Shown piece after piece: positions 18,490-23,832 of a DNA stretch of 23,832 bases. The notes under the pieces were generated by a model. The model was not told where the DNA came from and searched no databases. It saw only the letters and a program-made list of their open reading frames with translations. Numbering within the stretch: the first letter of the stretch is position 1; each line of letters begins with the position of its first letter. The translations under genes and the position numbers were made by a program. The stretch comes from Sandaracinaceae bacterium (lineage in GTDB: Bacteria; Myxococcota_A; Polyangia; Polyangiales; Sandaracinaceae). The DNA lies in contig JBGAQA010000099.1 of the NCBI GenBank assembly GCA_044220955.1, positions 1 to 23,832 of the forward strand, given 5' to 3'.

Positions 18490-18984
18490 TCAGCTCCCCG
18501 TGCGCTCGCGCCAGCTGTCGGCGAACTCCTTGCTGCCCGGGATGTGCGTCCAGGTGATGCGGGAGAAGACGAGCGAGACGTCCTCTTTGACCGGGGCGTC
18601 CTCGGTGCCCTCGGAGACGCGGCGCTTGATGCGGCAGACGCGCGCGTCCTCGATCTTCACGGTGAACCAGTGCTCCCAGCCGCCGCCGTCGGCGATCGGC
18701 CGGAAGAACTTGAACTCGCCCGAGCACTGCTGCGAGCGCGTCAGCGCCTGCGCGAGCACGGGCGAGCTCTTGTCGACCCACTTCGTGATCGCGATGGGCT
18801 CGTACGTGCGGTCGGACTGCGCCCACGAGGAGCGACGATCGAACCCCACCGCCACGCCCTCCTCGTACGAGTGGCACTCGATGGCCTTGCTGACGTCGAT
18901 GTCGGCCATCGACTGGATGGACGACTCGGCCTCGACGTCGTTGCCGTCGGCCTTGAGAAACAGGAACACGGGGATCTGCGACAT
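18490..18984 (-). CDS. hcp: T6SS tube protein Hcp (TssD)
   Basis: 164 aa, PIAITKWVDKSSPVLAQAL, FKFFRP, EHWFTVKIEDARV, EDVSLVFSRITWTH. Strong GAGGAG RBS. Confidence 0.94.
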   Translation of the reverse strand: MSQIPVFLFLKADGNDVEAESSIQSMADIDVSKAIECHSYEEGVAVGFDRRSSWAQSDRTYEPIAITKWVDKSSPVLAQALTRSQQCSGEFKFFRPIADGGGWEHWFTVKIEDARVCRIKRRVSEGTEDAPVKEDVSLVFSRITWTHIPGSKEFADSWRERTGS

Positions 18985-19035
18985 GGCTCTCTCTCTCCTC
19001 TCGGCCGGCGCGATGTCGGCCGGGCTCGGTCTGGT

Positions 19036-19062
19036 TGTCGCCGCGGCGCGCGCGGCGTTGCG
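19036..19062 (-). promoter_or_regulatory. Putative ECF-sigma-type promoter upstream of hcp
   Basis: Minus strand reads CGCAACG ccgcgcgcgccgcgg CGACA in the kinase-hcp gap. Confidence 0.7.
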
Positions 19063-19086
19063 TGCGATCGGCGCGGTGCCGTGGCG

Positions 19087-20739
19087 TCAGAGCATGTCGA
19101 CGACGACACGCTCGGTGCTGCCAGGGTCCACGCTGACGTGGCGCTCGACCTGGGTGCTGCCGCTCGTCACCACGACGTCGTGTGGGCCGGCCTCGACCGT
19201 GATCGTCACGGGGGCGCGGCCGATGGGACGGCCGTCGAGCGTGACGTCGCCGAAGGGCACCGCGACGATCTGGATGCGGCCGAAGCTCGGTGCGGTGTCC
19301 TCGGTCTCGGGAGGTGGCCGGCGCCGGTGGTGCGAGGGCGCGGGTGAGGACGACGAGGGCGAGGGCGCGGGTGAGGACGACGAGGGCGAGGGCGCGGGTG
19401 AGGACGACGAGGGCGAGGGCGCGGGTGAGGACGACGAGGGCGAGGGCGCGGGCGCGGGCGCGGGCGCGGGCGAGGGCGGCTTCGGCGGCTCGCTCGTCGG
19501 GTGCGCCGCGATCGTCTCGTCTTCGGGCCCGCGGGCGTCGGCGATCGCGTGGGCGATGCGCTCGCCGCCGATCATCGTCACGAGGAGGCCGAGCACGAGC
19601 GCGCTCCCGCCGCCGGCCAGCGTGACGCCGAGCGCGAACGGGAGCGCGCGGCTCCGGGCGGGGCGCGGTGCGGCGCGGCTCCCGGAGTCGTCCGTCGCAT
19701 CGGTGCTCGTGACCCCGGCGCCGACCTCCGTCGGTCCCTCGTCCGTCGGGACGCTGCGCGCCACCGGCGTGTCGACCTGGACGCGCGCGCGCGCGCGCAG
19801 GCCCCGGACGCGGGTCGCGGGCGCGCCGGCGCGCGTCCGCCGCGCGTCGTCGACGAGCGCGGCCAGGGCCCGCCGCGGGTCCCGCCCACCGCCTGCGGTG
19901 GCCGAGAGCGCGTGCGCCACTTCGTCCGCCGAGCTCGCGCGATCCTCGGGGCGCGGGGCGAGCATCTTCCCCACGAGGGTCACGACCTCGCCCGGTACGT
20001 CCGGCGCGAGCTCACGGAGCGAAGGACGTCGGGCCCGCTGCGCGTTGGTGAGCGTGTCGAGATCGGTCTGCCCATCGTGCGGGCGCCGCCCCGCGAGCAG
20101 CTCGAACAGGACGACACCGAGCGCGAAGAGGTCGGTGCGGCGATCGATCGGCTCGCCGAGCGCCTGCTCGGGCGCCATGTACGGCACCTTTCCCTTCACG
20201 ATGCCGCTCCGCGTGCGGTGCGTCCGCAGGGTGGAGCGCGCGATGCCGAAGTCGGCGAGCTTCACCTCGCCGTGCACGGACAAGAGGACGTTCGACGGCG
20301 TCACGTCGCGGTGCACGAGCCCCGCGGGGCGCCCGTCGATCTCGAGCGCGTGCGCGTACGCGAGGGCCTCGGCGACCATGCGGACGACGTACATCGCCAC
20401 GTCCGCGGGCAGCGCCGCGCCGCGTGCGCGCAGGCTCGCCAGCAGCGAGCGGAGGTCGAGCCCGTCGACGAGCTCCATCGCCATGAACCACTTGCCGCCC
20501 ACCTGGCCGAGCTCGTGCACCGCGGCGATCCCCGGATGGTGCAGGTGCGCGCAGAGCCGCGCCTCGTCGTGGAACTGCGCGACGGCGTCGCGGTCCCGCT
20601 CGGCGTCGGCGAGCACGCGCTTCAGGCAGACGCGCTTGACGAAGCCCTCCGGCCCGGCGCGCCGCGCCACGTAGACCTCGGCCATCCCGCCGGCGCCGAG
20701 GCGCCCCTCGATCTCGTAGTCACCGAATCGCTCGCCCAT
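19087..20739 (-). CDS. Hanks-type Ser/Thr protein kinase with TM helix, Pro/Ser linker and C-terminal PEGA-like domain
   Basis: MGERFGDYEIEGRLGAGGMAEVY, VCLKR, HRDVTPSNVL, DFG, YMAPEQ, DLFALGVVLFELLAG. TM region ALPFALGVTLAGGGSALVLGLLVTMIGG. PEGA-like VTLDGRPIGRAPVTITVEAGPHDVVV. 550 aa. Confidence 0.93.
   Translation of the reverse strand: MGERFGDYEIEGRLGAGGMAEVYVARRAGPEGFVKRVCLKRVLADAERDRDAVAQFHDEARLCAHLHHPGIAAVHELGQVGGKWFMAMELVDGLDLRSLLASLRARGAALPADVAMYVVRMVAEALAYAHALEIDGRPAGLVHRDVTPSNVLLSVHGEVKLADFGIARSTLRTHRTRSGIVKGKVPYMAPEQALGEPIDRRTDLFALGVVLFELLAGRRPHDGQTDLDTLTNAQRARRPSLRELAPDVPGEVVTLVGKMLAPRPEDRASSADEVAHALSATAGGGRDPRRALAALVDDARRTRAGAPATRVRGLRARARVQVDTPVARSVPTDEGPTEVGAGVTSTDATDDSGSRAAPRPARSRALPFALGVTLAGGGSALVLGLLVTMIGGERIAHAIADARGPEDETIAAHPTSEPPKPPSPAPAPAPAPSPSSSSPAPSPSSSSPAPSPSSSSPAPSPSSSSPAPSHHRRRPPPETEDTAPSFGRIQIVAVPFGDVTLDGRPIGRAPVTITVEAGPHDVVVTSGSTQVERHVSVDPGSTERVVVDML
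19333..19452. repeat. 27-bp coding tandem repeat (4 exact copies plus partial) in the kinase linker
   Basis: cgagggcgcgggtgaggacgacgaggg at 19333, 19360, 19387 and 19414; encodes (PSSSSPAPS)4, adjoining a (PA)n run. Confidence 0.95.
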
Positions 20740-20757
20740 CGCGGCCCTCGGTGTCCG

Positions 20758-20784
20758 TATCGACACGGACAGGCGGGCGTTGCG
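20758..20784 (-). promoter_or_regulatory. Putative ECF-sigma-type promoter upstream of the kinase
   Basis: Minus strand reads CGCAACG cccgcctgtccgtgt CGATA, 18 nt before the kinase ATG. Confidence 0.68.
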
Positions 20785-20785
20785 T

Positions 20786-20924
20786 AGACAGGAGTGCTCG
20801 CCGCGGAGGACCCGGACGGGAGCGCGCTCAGCGCGCGGACGGCAGGGGCCGGAGGGGCGAGCCGACGCAATGCCAAGACAGGAGTGCTCGCCGCGGAGGA
20901 CCCGAACGGGAGCGCGCGCAGCGC
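20786..20924. repeat. Two 49-bp direct repeats with a 90-bp period (REP-like intergenic element)
   Basis: agacaggagtgctcgccgcggaggacccgRacgggagcgcgcKcagcgc at 20786-20834 and 20876-20924, with 2 mismatches. Confidence 0.9.
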
Positions 20925-20941
20925 TCGCGGGGGGACGCCGG

Positions 20942-21378
20942 CTATTCGTCGTCGCGGTGGCGCGCCGCTCGGCGCGCCGTGCCTCGCGCCGCGCGTGCGC
21001 CGCGGCGACGGTGCCGTAGCCCGCGATGCGATCCGCGCGCAGGACGCCGTTCTCGAACGTCAGCTCGTCGATGAAGCGGGTCGGGCCGAAGTCGTAGACG
21101 AGCACGTCCACCTGCACGGTCGTGGTCGCGTACCCGTAGGGCACGTACCCGTAGCCGGGATGGCCGTAGGGGTAGTAGCCGTAGGGCATGACGGCGGCGC
21201 GCGTCTCCATGCGCGTCATGATCGTCGTCGGCTCGCCGCACACCGAGCGGACGTATGCCTCCGAGTCGCCGACCTCGACGAGGCGTCCGTCACACGAGAG
21301 CGCGTGGGCGCGCGCGGGCGCGAGCGCGGTGAGGCCGATTCCGAGCGCGATGCAGGCGCCGAGTGCCCGTTCCCTCAT
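20942..21378 (-). CDS. DUF2845-like secreted protein; as sequenced it has no in-frame stop (probable 1-bp frameshift near the 3' end)
   Basis: ATG at 21376-21378 with AAGGAGG RBS; signal peptide ending AHA-L; LSCDGRLVEVGDS...V...CGEP...YDFGPTRF...LTFENGVL...GYG is the DUF2845 pattern. The nearest plausible stop (TAG 20942-20944) is one base out of frame. Confidence 0.72.
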
Positions 21379-21422
21379 ACCGCTTCCCTCCTTGTCACAG
21401 GATGCCACCGCCGCGCGGGGCT

Positions 21423-22385
21423 TCAAGCCTCCCGCAGCCAGCGCGCGATGGGCTCGAAGACCACGCGCGGCGCGTCGTCGCCCACGAAGAGATCGGCGTG
21501 GGCGTACCAGTCGTCGTCCGTGCCGATGCGCAGCGTCTCCGTCCGCCCGCCCCACGCGCGCGCCGCCGACGAGGCGACCCGCTCGGGCACGATCCCGTCG
21601 CGGTTGGCCAGCACCACCAGCAGGCGCCCCTTCTCGCGCGCCATCGCGTCGGTCACGTTCACGCCCTCGACGACGAGGTCGCGCGTCTTCATCCAGCCGG
21701 CGATGTCGCGGTTCACCGCGGGCTCCGGATCCTCGACCGTCCGCACGAGCTCGCTCGCGGCGCCGAGGTCCACGTGCGCGGCGTTCATGTACATCCCGAG
21801 CAGGGCCGGCGCGCGGCGGGCGATGGGGAGCACGGCCTCCGCCATCCTGCGGGCCCCGCTGACGCGCAGCGCTCCGGCCACGCGGCGCGACGCGAAGGGG
21901 ATCCGCAGCACGAGCGGCACCTCTTCCCAGCGGAGCGGCGAGCCGACGGCGATGAGCGAGCCGACGCGGTGCTGCTGATCGCGGAGCGCGAGGTGCGCGA
22001 AGGTGATCGAGCCGCCGAGGCTCGCGCCGAGCACGTCCACGCGCTCGGCCCCGGTCTGCCCGAGGACGAGCTCGATCGCGGCCGTCACGTCGAGGTCGGC
22101 GTAGCGCGCCATCGTCGGCCCGGGCGCGCTCGCCCGCGCGCGGCGCGACTGCCCCTGCCCGCGCAGGTTCGCGGTCCACACGTCGATCCCCGCGCCCGCG
22201 AGGTGCGCCTCGAGCGAGGTGCCGCGCGGGTGGAAGCCGAAGATGAACGCGTTCATCCCGTAGCCGGGCACGATCAGCAGCGGCCGCCGCGCCCGATCCT
22301 CGCGGGCGGGATCGCGGGTGCGCACCACGTGGAGGGACCAGCCGTCGGCCGTCTCGGCCCAGAGCTCACTGCGCTCGATGGTCAA
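21423..22385 (-). CDS. Alpha/beta-fold hydrolase (esterase/lipase-like, Ser nucleophile)
   Basis: TADGWSLHV, LLIVPGYGMN, NLRGQGQS, GASLGG (GxSxG), DGIVP (Asp), HADLF (His). Probable TTG start at 22383-22385. Confidence 0.88.
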   Translation of the reverse strand: MTIERSELWAETADGWSLHVVRTRDPAREDRARRPLLIVPGYGMNAFIFGFHPRGTSLEAHLAGAGIDVWTANLRGQGQSRRARASAPGPTMARYADLDVTAAIELVLGQTGAERVDVLGASLGGSITFAHLALRDQQHRVGSLIAVGSPLRWEEVPLVLRIPFASRRVAGALRVSGARRMAEAVLPIARRAPALLGMYMNAAHVDLGAASELVRTVEDPEPAVNRDIAGWMKTRDLVVEGVNVTDAMAREKGRLLVVLANRDGIVPERVASSAARAWGGRTETLRIGTDDDWYAHADLFVGDDAPRVVFEPIARWLREA

Positions 22386-22452
22386 GCGCGAGCAGCCTAG
22401 CAGACGGGGCCCCGCCTTGACTGGGTTCCCGCCCGCGTGCGTGGCGCGAGCG

Positions 22453-23832
22453 TCAGTCCCCACGCCGGACCCGGACCGCCGCGAGCTCGGTGCCGCTCTG
22501 CGTGGCGTCCCCCTGTTGGAAGTTGCTGCCATTGATGACGACTCGCCCGGTCCAGCCCGCCGCGTCGGGTGTCGAGAGCAGCAGCTGCCCGAACCAGACC
22601 ATGGTCTCGTCGAAGGTCCCCGGAGCGCCCGATGGCTCGAGGCGCAGCCCCGGGATCTCGACGAGCCCCATGCTCCGCGACTCCACGTAGAAATGGATCG
22701 CCTCCTCCTCGAAGCTCGTCGTCGGCGATCGCGATGTGCTCGCCGCCGTGTAGATTCGATCTGCGCCGACCGCCGTGATGTCGCGCAGTGTCAGGGTGGG
22801 ATCGATGCCGGCGATGGACGTGAGGTCGATACGTTCGACGCCCGCGAACGTCCCTGCGCGACCCGTCGTGGAGCTGGCGCGAAGCAGTTCCGCCGTTCCG
22901 AGCAGCCAGACCTCGTCACGCACTCCCATCCCCGTCTCACGCCTCAGATGCCCCATCGCGTAGTTGCGCTCTGGGTCCGTCAGCGCTCCTGCCTCCGGCG
23001 AATCGGTCGCGATGGCGGGGCCCTCGATTTCCCATGCGACACAGGATGGGCTGGTGGCGATCCCCACCGCTCCGTCGGGCAGCCGTATGGCGCCACGGTA
23101 GAGGCGCTGGACCGGATCCCAGGTGACGCCCTGGGGCCGTTCCGAACTGACGGTGCTCAGGAACGGCTCTGGTGCGGGCCCCTCCGTCCAGTTCTCGCCG
23201 TCCGGTGAACGCCACGTGCTCCAGTTCCACAGCACGCAGTACTCGTCCGGACTGCGCATCGCCGCCGAGACGGTGTAGCCAGGTGTGAATCGCGGCTCCG
23301 TCCGTCCACAAGGATCGAAGGACGGTCGCACGATCTCGAGCGAGTCCACGAAGGCCGGACCGCTGAACTCCACCACCAAGTCCGCAGCAGTTGCCGGCGA
23401 CCAGCGCCCAGCGAGCGTCGCGCGCGAGGAGATCATCGTTCCGTCGGGGCGAACCACGTCCGCTTCTGCCGCGAGGGCACCGTCGGTCTCGGCGACGACA
23501 CGAAGCTCGAACGAGCGCCACCCAGGTGGCACCGCAGGGGCGCTGCTCCTCTCGCCCGCGGACGTACCGACGAAGACGACCTCGTTGCCCATCAGATCGA
23601 CGGTCGTCTGCATCGTGACGTCGCCGAGGCGGACGGTCAGCGACGCGAAGAACTCGATGGGAACGCCGTAGAACACGCGACCGCGGATCGTGGTTCCCGC
23701 CCACGCGCCGCTGAACCGATCCGCCGAGCGTCTGCGGCCCCCGGCCCCCTCCGCGGTGACACCGGCGACCACGCTGGGTGAGCCCCCGGGGTCCGCGACG
23801 ATCTCTACCGACTCGTCCACCCAGACCTCGTC
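22453..23832 (-). CDS. Hypothetical beta-rich protein (partial; starts right of window), possible beta-propeller/glycoside-hydrolase-like
   Basis: The frame is open to the window edge. Asp-box-like WRSPDGENW, WDP..RLYRG and IGIATSPSCVAWE. Lower GC than the rest of the window. Confidence 0.65.
   Translation of the reverse strand, partial: DEVWVDESVEIVADPGGSPSVVAGVTAEGAGGRRRSADRFSGAWAGTTIRGRVFYGVPIEFFASLTVRLGDVTMQTTVDLMGNEVVFVGTSAGERSSAPAVPPGWRSFELRVVAETDGALAAEADVVRPDGTMISSRATLAGRWSPATAADLVVEFSGPAFVDSLEIVRPSFDPCGRTEPRFTPGYTVSAAMRSPDEYCVLWNWSTWRSPDGENWTEGPAPEPFLSTVSSERPQGVTWDPVQRLYRGAIRLPDGAVGIATSPSCVAWEIEGPAIATDSPEAGALTDPERNYAMGHLRRETGMGVRDEVWLLGTAELLRASSTTGRAGTFAGVERIDLTSIAGIDPTLTLRDITAVGADRIYTAASTSRSPTTSFEEEAIHFYVESRSMGLVEIPGLRLEPSGAPGTFDETMVWFGQLLLSTPDAAGWTGRVVINGSNFQQGDATQSGTELAAVRVRRGD

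Noticed and set aside
19060..19086. Sigma-54 promoter upstream of hcp (GGCAC on the minus strand)
   Set aside because: There is no GC at the required GG-N10-GC spacing and no TTGC box.
19333..19452. 27-bp repeats as a CRISPR array
   Set aside because: The units are head-to-tail with no spacers, lie in frame within a gene, and no cas genes are present.
391..20674. Many long plus-strand and alternative-frame ORFs (e.g. 391-1977, 2078-4303, 6499-9138, 18500-20674, and most of 12163-16203)
   Set aside because: They are shadow ORFs of well-supported minus-strand genes in very high-GC DNA, either Arg/Ala/Pro-rich or antisense in pattern, with no recognisable motifs.
20786..20924. 49-bp repeat/41-bp spacer as a mini-CRISPR
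   Set aside because: Only two long, imperfect copies, with no AT-rich leader and no cas genes in the window.
21393..21399. TGTCACA as an ECF41-type -35 box
   Set aside because: There is no CGTC at 16-nt spacing, and it points antisense to the local genes.
21379..22179. N-terminal part of the 1030-aa ORF 19087-22179
   Set aside because: It overlaps the alpha/beta hydrolase in another frame and is low-complexity. A strong RBS and signal peptide mark the real start at 21378.
21423..22385. PHA synthase (PhaC) or Tle lipase effector call for the hydrolase
   Set aside because: The nucleophile elbow is GASLGG (Ser), not the PhaC Cys box. It has no adjacent vgrG or immunity gene and lacks the T6SS promoter motif.

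Overview
Very GC-rich window (roughly 75% by eye); the gene style suggests a myxobacterium (inference). It is dominated by a minus-strand type VI secretion system (T6SS) cluster. In reading order: hcp-tssE-tssF-tssG, tssH(clpV), an FHA-less TagH-like gene, an unknown lipoprotein, a divergent lytic-transglycosylase-like protein, tssJ-tssK-tssL, tssM-tssA and tssB-tssC. No vgrG or PAAR gene is present. Upstream lie a membrane Ser/Thr kinase with a PEGA-like C-terminus, a DUF2845-like secreted protein (probably frameshifted into the kinase frame), an alpha/beta hydrolase and a partial, lower-GC beta-rich protein. The main signal not explained by the genes is a bipartite motif, CGCAACG-N15-CGAnA. 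It recurs six times with identical spacing on the minus strand, before the kinase, hcp, tssH, the transglycosylase-like gene, tssM and tssB. It looks like an ECF-sigma promoter that splits the T6SS into co-regulated modules and ties the kinase to them. All protein family calls come from motifs recognised by eye; no database search was run.
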